The notes under the pieces: generated by a model | The model's input: only the letters and a program-made list of their open reading frames with translations | What the model was told of the DNA's origin: nothing | The model's database searches: none | NCBI RefSeq assembly: GCF_006345805.1 | Contig: NC_043013.1 | Span: forward strand, 24,428,001 to 24,492,000 | Origin: Octopus sinensis | Taxonomy: Eukaryota | Length of the DNA: 64,000 nucleotides | Direction: 5' to 3' | Translations under genes and position numbers: made by a program | In this document: piece by piece, positions 1 through 13,783 of the stretch | Layout of the letters: every line of letters begins with the position of its first letter | Position numbering within the stretch: the stretch's first letter is position 1

Positions 1-129
1 TTTTACATCTTTTTCCCCGTTTTTTTGAAAAGAAATTTTAAATTTAATTCTATTTCCTTTTTTTCTTTTTCTCCTTTGTTAAAAAGTCCATTTCTGTTTT
101 TTCTCTTTTAAAGTAATCCTTTTATTACC

Positions 130-1340
130 ATTCCTTAGAGGTACCAACTCCTCGCATTTAACCACCCTGGGCAGCTCCTCAAACTCAATTTCCTGCCTCA
201 AAGGGTTCACATCAGCCCTAAATAAGTCCTCCAACCTTTCATACCTCCTCTGTCAATCAGCACTCCCTTCACGCGCTCCGGGCAACGCTCAGCTGGCAAT
301 TCAATCCCTATGGCATCCCTAAACATCGCTATTCTCCGCTCCATGGTGGCACCCCTCACACATGTTACTACATGCCACCCGCTCCCACCGGTATTCCCTT
401 GTTTACGCCCCGGACCCGAACTGCCCGGGCAGGCCACTTCCCTTGGTTCCCCCGTCCGTACATAACCACAATCGTCCACCATTACAGCCTCCACTCCATG
501 CTGTGACACCACACTACCCTCTTCTCCACCTTCCTCCCCTGTCTCCGGTTCCCCGTCGGAGAGCTCCCCCGCTTCCCCTCCTTCGCCCACTCACAACAAT
601 AAACGTCTCCTCCCCACTTCCGACCCCTCCTTCTTGGTGAGCCGCTCCTGCTGCTCCTCCACCCCACCCTCCTGCTGAGGGCACCTCGCCTTCATGTATC
701 ATTCCTGCTCACATAGAAAACATGTTGGAGGCCCTCCCTCCACCACCACTCCCAGTGCAATGTCCTCCGGCAGAAGAATCTCCTCAACAACTCCATGTAG
801 GTTCCCCAACCCAACCTGTATTGCGTCTTCCAGGCCGCCGCCTCACCAATTGATCTCCCTCGCCCTGGCCATCATCAGAATCCCTACATCCTCCTCCACT
901 CCGCGCATGACCGCTGCCACCAGCCAACACGCTTGCCATAGCACATCGGCAGCAGCACTCACTCCTGCGCTCCCACTGGCTCAGTGGAGCGGCCAATAGC
1001 GTCCTCCTCGCTGGACAACCCAACCTCCACTGTTCCATACCTTCTTCCACGCGTATAGAAGGTGGTTAATCCTTCTACGCCATGCAGACACTCCTCAATT
1101 GCCTCCATTGGGGCAACCTCCATCTTGGTAGCAGTTGATAACCGTTACTTCCTCCGGTGGGGCCAACTCCAAGCCGCCCCCCACTACCCTTGCAACAATT
1201 TGCTTCCCTTCTTCCACTCCTTTGTGCCCAGCTCCATCTCGCGAACTTCAACGGTGCCGGTCGCAGTAACCCCTGCAGCTGCGGACACACGTTCGACCCC
1301 TCCCCCCTCCTAGGTCACCCACAATGGTGAGGTGGGAGGC
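130..1340 (-). mobile_element. Decayed L1/Tx1-type ORF1 (gag-like) remnant
   Basis: Minus-strand frames give FYTRGRRYGTVEVGLSSEEDA and VVVEGGPPTCFLCEQE*YMKARCP (degenerate CCHC knuckle), with stops and frameshifts. Similar to the 49.3-49.7 kb remnant. Confidence 0.6.
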
Positions 1341-2199
1341 ACACACAACGACGGAAATTCAACAATTTAAAAATTTTAACTAATCCCGGTTCAGCCGCAC
1401 GGGGAAACCTACAACAATACATAATAATAATAATAATAGTGTATAACAATTTAACGTTCCAAAGAAATCAACACCAACTCCCAAAAACTGCGAGGCAACT
1501 CTCATCAAGATGGCTTGCTTCTGACTAGTGTTTGAAGCTTGCTCTGTTTTTATAGGGAGTCCACGGTTCAAATTTGTATATGCTCTGCATAGGACTTGAT
1601 TGGTAGAGGATAGTCACTTGACTGGTCTGAAAAGTTTTTGCAGGTTCCCCGCTACGTTCGTCTGTTAGTATCAAGTGACAATGTTTGGCGTCGTAAATTA
1701 AGGTTGACACGATTGACTGAACATGTTTAGTGATAGTACCACACAGTCAATGCTCTGAATGTTTTCTGTCAAGTGTTTGTAGAGAATGAACTCGTGATAA
1801 AGTTTAGAACCTTTTGTACGTTTTCCGCTACGCCCGTGCGTTTCGTGCCTAAAATGAAGGCGACACGGTTGAGCGAACATTGTTATTTATAAATCAGGAT
1901 ACTCTAAATTTAATCTGTCAGATGGGTGAGTGGACAGGAGTCCAGTGGCTAAAGTTTAGGTTGTTAGCTGTGTAGGTTCCTCATGTTAAGTGGAGAATGA
2001 GTTTTGGGTATGAGTAATTGTGTACGTACAAATAACCAGCCACGTCTTTTTATTTCAACCTTTTTAAAAATCAGTGTAAACTGAAACCGGTTGTTAAACC
2101 GTTAAATATAATCAGATTATTATTTTAACTCAGTGCATTTTCAACTTCTTCTTTTCCTATGTTTCTACCCGTGCGGAATAAAATAACTTTGGTTCCTCT

Positions 2200-2292
<93 letters not shown>

Positions 2293-2297
2293 ATATC

Positions 2298-2626
2298 TTT
2301 CTTTCCCCGTCTGTCTTGATAGACAATGGGTTGCGCCAAGGGTGGGCCTACTTTGATGATGTGCAGCGTCTGCTGTGACTGAACAGTCCAATTCTAGAGT
2401 GGCAGTCCTTGGTACATTTGCTGCACACGAACATCGATGGGTACGTGTGGGGTGTTGCTGCAGTTGTCCTCCTCCTGTCCGCCTGTCCAACCACAGCTGT
2501 GCTCTCCTCTCCTCAGCCATGGAAACGCCCTTCCTCACCGTCCGACGCCAGGCAGAGCGGTCAGCAGCTGTTTCCTCCCACGTGTCCACACAGATGTTGG
2601 CAGTCCTCAGGTCGCGCTTTCACACG

Positions 2627-2628
<2 letters not shown>
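2298..2628 (-). mobile_element. RTE-clade LINE 3' end
   Basis: KRDLRTANICVDTWEETAADRSAWRRTVRKGV, then after a frameshift CSKCTKDCHSRIGLFSHSRRC, typical of RTE ORF C-termini. Flanked by (TC)n(TA)n. Confidence 0.85.
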
Positions 2629-2706
<78 letters not shown>

Positions 2707-2823
2707 ATATGTATATGCATATACATATATACATACATGTATGTGTGTGTGTGAAGGACTAGTGTTCATGGCGGTATCCCAGTATATCCACAGTCAAATG
2801 ATTGCGACAGAAATATAAATGTG

Positions 2824-2867
<44 letters not shown>

Positions 2868-3625
2868 TATGTATACGTAAAATATGCATTCCACTTCATA
2901 TATTTACTTAAAATGGTAGTCAGCCTGTCAGTAGTAGGTGGGCACATGAATCAGGCGCGCCATATTGCTGTTGGATATTACAATATATTAGCAAGTAAAG
3001 CGTTCAGCTTTATCATATCGGATTCGTATTGAAATATTTAGACTTAGTTCTCATCTTTCCAATTGCTTTACGTTATTATATTTCTCATTCTAGCAAATAT
3101 TTTCAGTGACATTAGAGGGGAGGAAAACACTCCTTAATCAACAATGGAAGTGAATATAATAAAAAAAAGTAGTGACATTTAAGCATTTAAACTGCATAAT
3201 TTAATATTAGCATCTGAAGGAGACTGGACTTCGCAACTATCTGATAGTTCTTTCTACTATTTAGATTTTTTAAAACAATATGATTCTAATTAAGGTACGT
3301 CTGTGCTCTTGCAAGTAAGCCAGGCTATTGCCTACATGTTATAATACTCTGCCAATGTTTTGCTTACGCACATTGCTCATAGCAGGGCACACCCAACATG
3401 TCTGTGGTTATTTTTAGATCAGTAGATTTCTCCTACCTTTTCTTTTCCTTATAGTTTCTCTTATTAATAGACTTCTCATACCTTTTGTTGTCTTCACAGC
3501 TTTCAAACAAAAACATAATTTTGCGCTCTTGGAAAACTAATATTGATAGATGGCTAGTAAGGTTAATGGAGTACGTGTACACACACACATGTACACACGC
3601 ACACACACGCACACACACGCACACA

Positions 3626-4075
3626 CATAAAGCTGAACATTGAAAACGAGAATGTCTACGTTGAACTATTGATAACTCTGCAGGTACTCTATCCGGATCA
3701 CAAGTTCAGGATTATACCTGTAATTATTAGGGCCCTGGAATATGTAACACACTGCCTAAATACCAATTTTGAGAAATTAGGCTCCTCAAAACCAAAAAGG
3801 AGAAAGCTAATTCGAAGACGACACATCCAATCCATCACTGGAACTGTAAAAATCTGTAAAACGTTCCGGAAGTTTATCATTTAAATATATATGATATGCA
3901 ATTATATGCATGGGAATACATACATAAAACAAAACATACAAATATGCACGTATACATACATACAAACAAAAATACCCTGTTGTTGATGTTGAAATTCCAA
4001 TGAAGGCTCCTTAGATCTAGGTTAGAAACCAGCTCTTTCTTTATTGGCAAGAAATCTTGAAACAAACTTGAACAA
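3626..4075 (+). mobile_element. R4/Dong-like (RLE) LINE 3' fragment, family X
   Basis: YVELLITLQVLYPDHKFRIIPVIIRALEYV...IQSITGTVKICKTFRKFII* plus a 3' UTR shared with the copies at 15.1 and 16.5 kb. Confidence 0.75.
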
Positions 4076-4715
4076 TGATGTACATACATACGTGCATGTG
4101 TGCGCGCGCGTGTGTGTGCATGAATGTATGCATGTATGCATCTTTCCATTTACTTGTTTTGGGTATTTCACTACGGCCATGCTGGACGTCTTGAATGGTA
4201 CTTATTTTAATAAAGCCTGGTGCTTATCCTATCAGTCTCTTTTGCCGAGCCCGCTATTTTACAGGGACATAAATAAACTAACACTGGTTGTGAAGTGGTA
4301 GTACGAGATACACAAATACTAAAACGCACGCACATAACTACATACATACATACATACATACATACATACATACATACACATGTACGTACATGTGATTAGC
4401 AGCTGCTCAAAAATGTCCTCAATGCGCTGCCTTCCTGTGCAACATGACGTCGTCTCAATAACAACATACAATAGCTTTTCGGAGAAAAAGATTGTCCTGG
4501 ATAGTAAATATAGAGAATACCCCGTTATTGAATACGTACACAAATACTAGCACAAGGAATACAGGTGGAACAAAACATGTCAAGTGTAAGCATGATAGGT
4601 TGTAGTTTGGGACAGACAAAGTATGTAGCGCCATGGAGGTCAGATGTCCTGCTAATGTGGATATCTCTTTGATAATCATAAAGAAGATAACTAAGGACAA
4701 CTGCTTCGAAACAGT

Positions 4716-4716
<1 letters not shown>

Positions 4717-4764
<48 letters not shown>

Positions 4765-4930
4765 GTATGTATGTATGTATGTATGTATGTATGTATGTAT
4801 GAATGTATGTATGTGTATATGTATGTATGCATGTATGTATGAATGTATGTATATATATATGTGTATATGCATGTATGTATAAATGTATGTATATGTATGT
4901 ATATATGAATGTATGTATGTATATGTATGT
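4717..4930. repeat. (TATG)n microsatellite
   Basis: Directly visible tandem repeat. Confidence 0.95.
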
Positions 4931-4968
4931 GTATTTGTGGGATGACCCAATATATATATATATATATA

Positions 4969-5339
4969 TCTCTCTATATAAACGGCAGTTTGTCTGTGCG
5001 TGTTTCTGTGTGTCTGTTTGCTTGTACCCTTACCCTGACCACGGCTTTCAACCGATTCTGATGAAACTTGACACACACATAGCCCAATGTCATAATTCAA
5101 AACTAACGCAGCGAAAATTTTGAAAAGTTCCCCCAGTTCTAAAAAAAATCGATAAATTCGACATGGGGTCGAGAATCAGAAACACAAACCGCAAACTGTC
5201 TAGGGGACGCAACTCCACCTTTTTTAACTCTCAAAAAAATTTACCATCATTTTTTTCCAATTTTTTGGCTATAACTCTCTAAAAATGCTTTATAGTTATT
5301 TCCCTTACAAACCTGAGCAACGCCGGGCGATACTGCTAG
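4969..5339 (+). mobile_element. Non-autonomous Helitron
   Basis: 5' TC start (TCTCTCTATATAAACGGCAG), subterminal hairpin CCTGAGCAACGCCGGG and 3' CTAG, inserted between A and T in (TA)n. Confidence 0.75.
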
Positions 5340-5360
5340 TATATATATATATATATATAT

Positions 5361-5510
5361 GGCTGTGGTAAAAAGCTTGCTTCCCAACCACATGGTTCCG
5401 GGTTCAGTCCTACTGCGTGGCAACTTGGGCCAATATCTTCTACTATAACCTTGGGTTGACCAAAGCCTTGTGAGTGGATTTGGTAGACGGAAACTGAAAG
5501 AAGCCCGTCG

Positions 5511-5511
<1 letters not shown>
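5361..5511 (+). mobile_element. tRNA-derived SINE family B, 5' part
   Basis: GGCTGTGGTAA...GGTTCAGTCC A/B-box-like head. Same sequence at 36.7 and 63.1 kb. Confidence 0.8.
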
Positions 5512-5568
<57 letters not shown>

Positions 5569-5884
5569 ATAAGATATAACGATAAATTAATATTACGATA
5601 TATTAAATATGTCATAATATAGGTGGCTAAAGCAATTAAAAACCAAAAAGGTAGAATACATAAATAAGGGTGCCAAGTAGCACCTGCAATTGCTAGAAAT
5701 AAGAACTAAAAAATATAACTCGAATAGCCACACAAATTCACTAACCTCATGAGATGTTCAAAGGGACTGCGAGAGGCAAGCCACAACATCTTTCTCCATC
5801 GAGATAAAACTCATTGAATGAAGTAATTTGATAAAAACCTATCATATGATTTCGAAATTTAACCAATAAGGTTTCGTTTCTCTT

Positions 5885-6075
5885 CAGTGTTCGTCCTTCC
5901 ACCATCGCTTAACAACCTATGTTTGTGTGTTTATGTCCCGGTAGCATAGAGGTTCGGCCAAAGGGACCCACAGAATAAGTATTAGGCTTACAAAGAATAA
6001 GTCCTGGGGTCGATTTGTTCGACTAAAGGTGGTGCTCCAGCATGGCCACAGTCAAATGACTGAAACGAGTAAAGT
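5885..6075 (+). mobile_element. SINE family B, 3' part
   Basis: GGGGTCGATTTGTTCGACTAAAGG...CATGGCCACAGTCAAATGACTGAAAC, also at 35.0, 36.5, 59.4 and 62.9 kb. Confidence 0.8.
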
Positions 6076-6089
6076 AGTGAATATATATG

Positions 6090-6480
6090 TAGCCTGTATT
6101 CCTACTGTCACGCTAAACTCATTTTGTGATGCTCTGGTAGTACACATTAAACAGACCAAAACGGTAACATGTGCTGTATATCACTTATCAGATGCTCCAA
6201 ATCATGGCTACCCATTCGAAGAGTCCCAAAAGGTTGGAATAAGTATAAACCTACCTTGATAGCCTGCACATGCTTCCTCTAGGTTACTTCAACCTTCCTA
6301 GTTCCTAATGACCTAAAGATCGCCTTCTCTCAGGTATGTCACTGCATGAGCAGAGGCAAGCAGACTCTCTACATCGACCTCACAAATATGCTCTTTATGG
6401 ATGAAATAGTGCTCCACCCAACAAGAGGTAAAAATGCGTAGAATCTGCGTCGCCATTACAGTAAAGCTACATGAATCTTC
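6090..6480 (+). mobile_element. Decayed CR1-like LINE APE endonuclease remnant
   Basis: LGYFNLPS (GDFNLP-like) and EIVLHPTRGKNA (PTRxxNxLDL-like) motifs, with stops. Confidence 0.5.
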
Positions 6481-7579
6481 GCATCTGAACTACTCATGCT
6501 CTCACTAATACGCTGGTGATTCAGTTGATCGCAGGATTCGATCAGTCGTCATCCTCAAAACCGACGGATATCAATTTTCTCTACTTTCTAATGTTAATGT
6601 AGATAAAAGCCAATAATCGTTAATAGGGATAAAAGCCAATAGTCATAACATGTTCACATCGTAACCCATAATCCAAATTTTTAAAAACTTTTTTGATATT
6701 TTGCTCATTTCTATCTTGATGTTATGCATTTTTCTGCTTGCATTGTTTTTATTAAACACTTCTATTGTTGTTGTTGTTGTTATTTAAGTTGCTTGGTGTA
6801 ATTTATCACTTTTGAATATTGCTATTGTAATAGGTGTGATATTCTGGAATGCCGGCAGTTTGCCGTTTGTCTGTATGAGTTTATTGTATGGCAAATGTAT
6901 AATTCGTGGATATTGCTTGGATTTGATAGCATTCAACTGGAACCTAACAGACAGTGAATTTTAGTTTGACTAAGAAAAGTTTCAGCAGTTTCAATTATCG
7001 GATTCATTACAGGTTTACAAAGCACGCAGTTTCAGTGACTGGGTTGCCTAAAAGATATATTAAAAAAACAAAAAAAAATATTCAAACAAAAACAGCAACA
7101 ACAACAAACAATAATACTGTAGAACTTCTACGTATGTATGGAAAGATGTAGGTATGTGATGTCTAAATGAAAACTCACAGATGTGGGTCCTTGGACGATT
7201 CCACAACTATAATAGGGACTGTTATATTTAATGAATTAAAATTTTTTGTTTTAATCCATTGTTGTATTTAATGGATTAAAACTACCTAGGATTATCTCAC
7301 CCACTTTAGAATATTTTGATCTGGATTATAACTTGGTTACAGAGAATACTTCTAAATCTTTTGTGATCCAGGATTAACCCTTCTCCATTTAGGTTTTGAT
7401 AATCTAGAATTAAATATTAACTCCATAGACCTCTGGGTCTTGTATTCGCTTACGAACAACTCCCCCCACACACACAGACGTACAAACCCAGAAACGGTGG
7501 ACATCACCAACAGATGTTTCAAAACTTTTACCTAATTACGAACATCGTCATTTGTATGTCCGAGCGTCTACTACGCCAA

Positions 7580-7591
7580 ATGCGCCTAAAC
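7580..7591 (+). CDS. Putative first coding exon of VirK-like secreted protein gene (MRLN)
   Basis: ATG CGC CTA AAC then donor GTAAGC, phase 0, matching the 17565 exon. In-frame ATGs also at 7514 and 7556, and a possible acceptor at 7477. Least certain exon. Confidence 0.4.
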
Positions 7592-8091
7592 GTAAGCGGT
7601 TCTTAACGATGGGAGAATTCAAATCGCAAATGTAAAAGCAAGTTTTTCTGACTTTCTGTCATCATCAGATAAGGTACATGATGAGGAGGAAGAAGATGAT
7701 GATGATAATGATGATGCTCTAGATTGTGTGGAAGTAAGACTTCAACTAGCTGTACACGCGCGCGTGATGTAAATGGGTCGTCTGTTTTCCGAAATTATCC
7801 GATAGTATGTAATTTATGTTTATTTGTACTTAGTTTCAGTATCTTAGATTTGCAGAAGAAAAGGGATTAATGGTATGTTTATGCTTCTTTCAATAACGTG
7901 AAGGGATGCAAATGCCACAAGTTACTTTGTCCGACACTCTACAAATTCTTCCATTCAGCTCTAGAATAAAATGCATGTTAAAGAGTCATACACAGCAGCA
8001 ATATACTGAGGTTAATGATGACTTTGTATCTCAGAATAATAGATAAATTTAATATTAGTTTCAGGTATTTATATTTAAAATAAATAACTAA

Positions 8092-8280
8092 GACGGTGGA
8101 GTGGCAGAATCGTTAGCACGCCGGGCAAAAAATGCTTAGCAGCCTTTTGTCCCTCTTTACATTCTGAGTTCAAATTCCGCTGAGGTTGACTTTGCCTTTC
8201 ATCCCTTTCGGGGTCGATAAAATAAGTACCAATGGAGCACTGGAGTCTATGTAATCGACTTGCCCGCCCCCCGCTCCCAT
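8092..8280 (+). mobile_element. tRNA-derived SINE family A (central domain resembles the MetaSINE domain)
   Basis: GGCAGAATCGTTAGCACG...GAGTTCAAATTCC head and GACTTTGCCTTTCATCCCTTTCGGGGTCGATAAAATAAGTACC core. Confidence 0.8.
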
Positions 8281-9059
8281 GAGGATCTGATTTTTAACAG
8301 GGATTTATGAAGTAGATATTTCACGAACGAAAACTTTTATTTTATTACTTCGGGTCAATCTGTTTGACCTCAATTTGGTACCAATTGGTAAATAGCAATA
8401 TTTTGAAGGTTATGACTTTCTCATGAATGTTATAACTGATACTTTTGTAGGTTACGGGGAAAACAAAATCCAGATAGCATAGCACCAAATCACCAGGATC
8501 TAAGACAAGTTTCATCTTTTAGGTTTATTAATTCCTTTATTAGGGTCATCGCTCTTGTTGTAGAGGGAAGCAGTTTCCTTTTATCTGAACCTACGATCTT
8601 ATTTCTATTCCCAGTCGAAATATTTTCCTTTTCCTTAATAATAAATGTACTTTAAAATATTTAATTTAAGGCGGTGAGACAAATGAGAGTAGACAGTATG
8701 AAGAGCTTGTTAAGCATTTGTTTAGTTTCATTCTTAAAATTACAGGGGTTAACAGTTGAATCACCTTTTTCTCTCCCGGGGCAAGGAAATAACAGTAATA
8801 TACTGAGGTCTTTTCAGTTTAGTCTACACTTCCCTTATAAACCTTTTCCTACAACATTGAAAGGAAATCAGTCATTTCGTTATCTTTTGATTATTGAATA
8901 GTTCTGTGAATTAGGATTAAATATTTGAAGTAAATATATTCTTTTTAATCTAAGCATGATAGATAAAATTATAAATTTTGAATACAGATTTATAAAAGAT
9001 TTGGCAAAAAAACAAAAAAACATTAAGCAATAATAATTGTTACAAATTTTGGCAGAAGA

Positions 9060-9592
9060 CCATCGACCCCGGTGCTCAAACGTTACTTATTTTATCAACC
9101 CCGAAAAGGTGAAGGTTATTTGAACTCAGAATGTAAAGACGAATGCAATGCCGCTAAGCATTTTGTCCAGTGTACTAACGGTTCTGTCAGCTCACCGTCT
9201 TAATAATAATAATAATCCTTTCTATTATAGGCACAATGCCTGAAATTTGCGGGGAGGTGGTAAGTCGATTACATCGACTCCAGTGAGTAACTGGTAGTTA
9301 TTTAATCGACTCCGAAAAGATGTAAGGTAAAGTCGACCTCGGCGGAATTTGAATTCGGAACGTAGTGGCAGACAAAATACCTATTTCTTTACTACCCACA
9401 AGGGGCTAAACACAGAGAGGACAAACAAGGACAGACAAACGGATTAAGCCAATTATATCGACCCCAGTGCGTAACTGGTACTTATTTAATCGACCCCGAA
9501 AGGATGAAAGGCAAAGTCGACCTCGGTGGAATTTGAACTCAGAACGTAGCGGCAGACAAAATACCTGGCGAAGTATTCTGCCAGCTCGCCGC
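9060..9592 (-). mobile_element. SINE family A, tandem copies
   Basis: Reverse complement of the 10.6 kb copy, with an internally duplicated core. Confidence 0.85.
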
Positions 9593-10614
9593 CAACCATT
9601 GCTTGTACTATTTTATTGGTAATGCTACTATTCATACGGTTTCCACTTTGTTTTATTTTAGTGGTGATGTTGCAGGGTTTCTTTTTTCACTTGCGGTACA
9701 TTTCCTAGGTGAACAGTTTTAGTAAATAACTATAACATAGCTAAAGCGCTACACCTTCCCATCCCGGCAAGAAGGTACTCAATATCAGAACAGAAATGTT
9801 ACACTATAAAGCAATAAATGCCAGTCACGTAAGTCAGTACTGCTCATGTGTCTGGCTGGAGCAACCGCTATACTTACATTCTAAACTGCATCCAAAACAA
9901 AGCAATATATACTGAAAAGCAAACCATTTCATATTGTCACACTTCGATCTCTCTTTTTTTACTGTTAGTACTGTTCCGTTCTGAACTAGCAAACTGCGTC
10001 TTCCTTATTTAAACCCTTTAAATCAATCTTCATCTCTGCCTTCCGTTATTCTTTACGTAGGTCACCACATAAAATCCTCATGAAATGCTTCCACCAAGTA
10101 CTTCTCTTCTGAATTGTAATCTTTTGGAACTTACTCGACGTTTCCCTATAAGTTTTGGCCCACAGAAAATCAGATTTTCAATCTGAATATCAGTGACATT
10201 GATTTTGATAGTGACGTCAATGTGACTGATAGCTTTTACAGCTCTTCTGACTACAGTCGCCTCCTGACGAAACATTATTTCTTTTTAATTAACTTCTTAT
10301 TTCTTTTGGAAGGACTTAAGTAGGTGACCTTTAACCCTTGATCGATTATGAATGGTAGCACTGATGTGACAAACAATTTGCAAGAATTATAATGTTATAT
10401 ATATATATATATCTATAGAAATACAGGACTTCAGAGTTAACAGTTATCTCACTGGGAGCTCTGCGGCAAGAAGACACCACGTTTCATTTCTGTCTTCGAG
10501 TAACACCAAGAATGGCTCAACGTGCTTGATCTGCTTGAAATAATAACAAAAATTCCTCCCAACTTTTACCTCACTGTGTCTTAAACAAGGAAAAGTCCCA
10601 TATCTACTGTCTCA

Positions 10615-10980
10615 AAGCGGCGAGCTGGCAGAAACGTTAGCACACCGGGCGAAATGCGTAGCCGTATTTCGTTTACCGTTACGTTCTGAGTTCAAATTCC
10701 GCCGAGGTCAACTTTGCCTTTCGTCCTTTCGGGGTCGACAAATTAAGTACCAGTTACGCACTGGGATCGAGGTAATCGACTTAATCCGTTTGTCTGTCTT
10801 TGTTTGTCCTCTCTGTGTTTAGCTCCTTGTGGGTAGTAAAGAAATAGGTATTTCGTCTGTCTTTACGTTCTGAGTTCAAATTCCGCGGAGGTCGACTTTG
10901 CCCAGTTGCGTGCTGAGACCGATCTAATAGACTGGCTCCTTGCCCAAAATTTCGGGCGTTGTGCCTAGAGTAAAAAAGAT
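10615..10980 (+). mobile_element. SINE family A, full dimeric copy
   Basis: GGCGAGCTGGCAGAAACGTTAGC head. The GTTCTGAGTTCAAATTCCGC...GACTTTG module occurs twice. Confidence 0.85.
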
Positions 10981-11800
10981 AATGTAGGGGTAGGTGGGCA
11001 GTTTTTGTTGTTTAGTTAAAAACTTTGCTTGCAACTACGTGATACTGAGCTCGATCCCACTATGATGTACTTAGTTGACCAAAGCCTTGAGAACGAATTT
11101 TGTTAACTGAAGGTGTGTGGAAACCTTCGTGGTATGGTAGTAAACTTAATTCGGCACCCAGCTTAACACTGTCACATGACCTTTGGGTGTCGTTAGCGAA
11201 GTTTATTCTTGTTGTAAGTATTCCAACATGGTCCCCTGTTTGAAGATAATTTCCTCCTGCCATGCTTCCCTTCAGTCGAGCAAGCAATGAAAAGGTGTAG
11301 TTAGTGTTTTTTTTTTATTCTTGTTGAAACTTTTTTTTGTTCTCTTTGTAATATTCTGTTAACTATAATAGTTTTGTCTTATATTTCATTTTTAGGAGTT
11401 GTTTTACGTGTAGTTAACACATATTCTGAGATGTTTGTAGGATTGTGTTTGTGAGGTCTGAAATTCCGAGATTTAGTTATTAAGGTTGATCTAACTTCAG
11501 TCAGGTGTTGTGTCTGGTTTTCTAATTACTGCGGTGAAGAATTTTGTAACTATTTAATGGTCCCTTATTAAATAGCTGAAGCGAGTCGTTCTCTATAGAT
11601 AATGATAGCTTTCTCGTTTCTAGTTTACTGCTATGCTGCTATGCTTCCCTGACTCTTATTACGTCTAAACTCTTTTAACGTCTTCTAAACTTCACCCAAC
11701 AAATGCTTTTATATTCTTTCTTCCTGGCCGGTCTCTTTTTATGGTCTGTTACCTTTTTTTAAACCGCCAATACTTTTTCCTCAGAGTATCCCATTTTTTA

Positions 11801-11836
<36 letters not shown>

Positions 11837-12599
11837 GTGTATGTGTGTGCGTATTTATATACGCAATTTGAATTATTTTCCCATGCTATCTGTTGGATTA
11901 TCCAAGGTTAAAAGAGATTTTTGGACGCATTCTTTTCAACTATTTATATTTTGCTGGGACTTCTTTTTTTTTTAGGTATTTGTCAGGTATTACGTTTAGT
12001 ATCTATGCAGATTGTTTTGTTCTATGTTTATATTTGTTTCTTCGTCTTTACATAAAAGAGAATGGGGTGTGTTTTTTTACTGCTTTACATTTTTTTTATT
12101 TGTATTTGTTCCCCTGTTTTGGATCTGAAGGCTCTTGTACTCTCTTAATGTGTTTTCCGAACTGTATTTCAATTTTTCTCGTAACGAGTGGAGCAGTTAC
12201 ATACAAAATCTGTTTCTGCTCGTCATTAACCTTGCATTTTTTTTTCAACTTGATGATTTTTTTCCCTTCAAAAGGAATCCAGAGAAGCAGGCACTTTTAT
12301 TTTTTGCCTGCTTATATTCTCTAACTTAATTCCAAGCAGTATAAATTATTTATTTATGTTTTCAAAGCTAAATAGTATTTTTTAATGTTTGTAATAGATT
12401 ACAATTTTTAAAAGAAATCTTTATCACCAAATATGCTATTTTATTGCAGCAGCAACAATTAATTTTATGAAGAGGTAATAAAAAAATATTGTTAGTATTA
12501 TTCTTTTACAACATTTACTGAGTAAATAGAATTGAAAAAACAAAAAAAAAAAAAACAAAACAAAACAAAAAGCAAAACATTTTGCAACATTTACTGAGC

Positions 12600-12770
12600 A
12601 AACAGAATTTAATTTTGAGGGGACTCCACCACTTGACTGTTGCTTTATTTTATCGACGTCGGAGAGATGAAAAGCAAAGCTGACCCCGGAAGGATTTGAA
12701 CTCAGCATGTGAAGGACTGCAACAAGTACCAAATGGCATTTTCCAGACGCTCTGATGTTTCTGTAGAACA
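12600..12770 (-). mobile_element. Degenerate SINE family A
   Basis: TTTATCGAC...GATGAAAAGCAAAG...ATTTGAACTCAG matches the family A core. Confidence 0.6.
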
Positions 12771-13480
12771 ATGCATCCTTCCTTTTCTGGACAGTTAGGT
12801 GTAGGTCGTGGTACATGGTTGCTATTGCTTCTAGAAGGCGGCGAGCTGGCAGAAACGTTAACACACCGGGCGAAATGCGTAACACCGGATCGAAGATAAA
12901 AGTGATAGTTACAAAGATAACTCAGACACTTATTAAAATGTAGGACGATAGATTAAATGTCAAATTCAGATACTGGGCTCATTAGTAGGGGTGAAGCCCG
13001 ACTCTACAATTGGGGGGGACGAGGATATAATAAAAAAAGGCTCAGTGGCGCATACCAAACAATGTTTAACTCATTGGTTGTACATTTAATAAAAGGCGCC
13101 AATTTTGAAAAATGTTCTAGGAGGGGGGGGGGGGGTCGCTCTCCTTGCTCCTCTATCAGATACGCCTCTGGTCTTTCGATCAATTAGAAAATCATTTGCG
13201 TGTCTCACTAATGCCTGAAACCTGTCTACAAACGTTAAATTAAATCATTTTTAAGTATGAATCCAAGATTGAAAAATAATGTGCACAACAGCAACCATGG
13301 GAACTGAGCCACAAACTCTTGTAATTCTGACGACCGTGCTAGCCTCTGCACCAAAGAGACCACGAATATTTCACCTCTTCAAATTAGTACACATAAAGTG
13401 TCGCTATGCTAATTACTTTTTTTTTATATAGCTGTTTTGTCTGTCACGAAAATATTCAATATTTCCTAGTTTTAATTATG

Positions 13481-13536
<56 letters not shown>

Positions 13537-13564
13537 TCAAAATGTGACCGCGTGTGTACCGTTG

Positions 13565-13740
13565 GCGATTTTTTTCCCTCTGTCTTCCCTTCTCTGAATC
13601 TTTCCTTCTCCTATGTTTCCGACGAAGAGCTCCGCTCGAAACGTTAAACCCCCCTTCTTTCCTGAACGTACAATAATACTATATTTGTTCCACGTCCTCG
13701 CGTTGTTGTGTTTTTTTGTGCTTTCTTGTTTGGATTAACT
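13565..13740 (+). mobile_element. Penelope-like terminal repeat fragment
   Basis: Near-identical to 57935-58115 in reverse orientation. Contains a hammerhead motif and lies in (TA)n. Confidence 0.65.
13615..13649 (+). ncRNA. Minimal type I hammerhead ribozyme (U4C variant)
   Basis: GUUU-CCGACGA-A-GAGC(UCC)GCUC-GAA-ACGU-U-AAAC: stems I and II, with a palindromic ACGU stem III. Confidence 0.6.
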
Positions 13741-13745
13741 ATATG

Positions 13746-13783
<38 letters not shown>

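Noticed and set aside
1530-2100. Possible very old Penelope GIY-YIG remnant with GAAACCGGTT
   Set aside because: Too degenerate, and the CUGANGA half of the hammerhead is missing.
7596-7733. Acidic open frame VLNDGRIQ...DEEEEDDDD ending at GTAAGA
   Set aside because: No start codon or good acceptor, and the acidity comes from a (GAT)n repeat.
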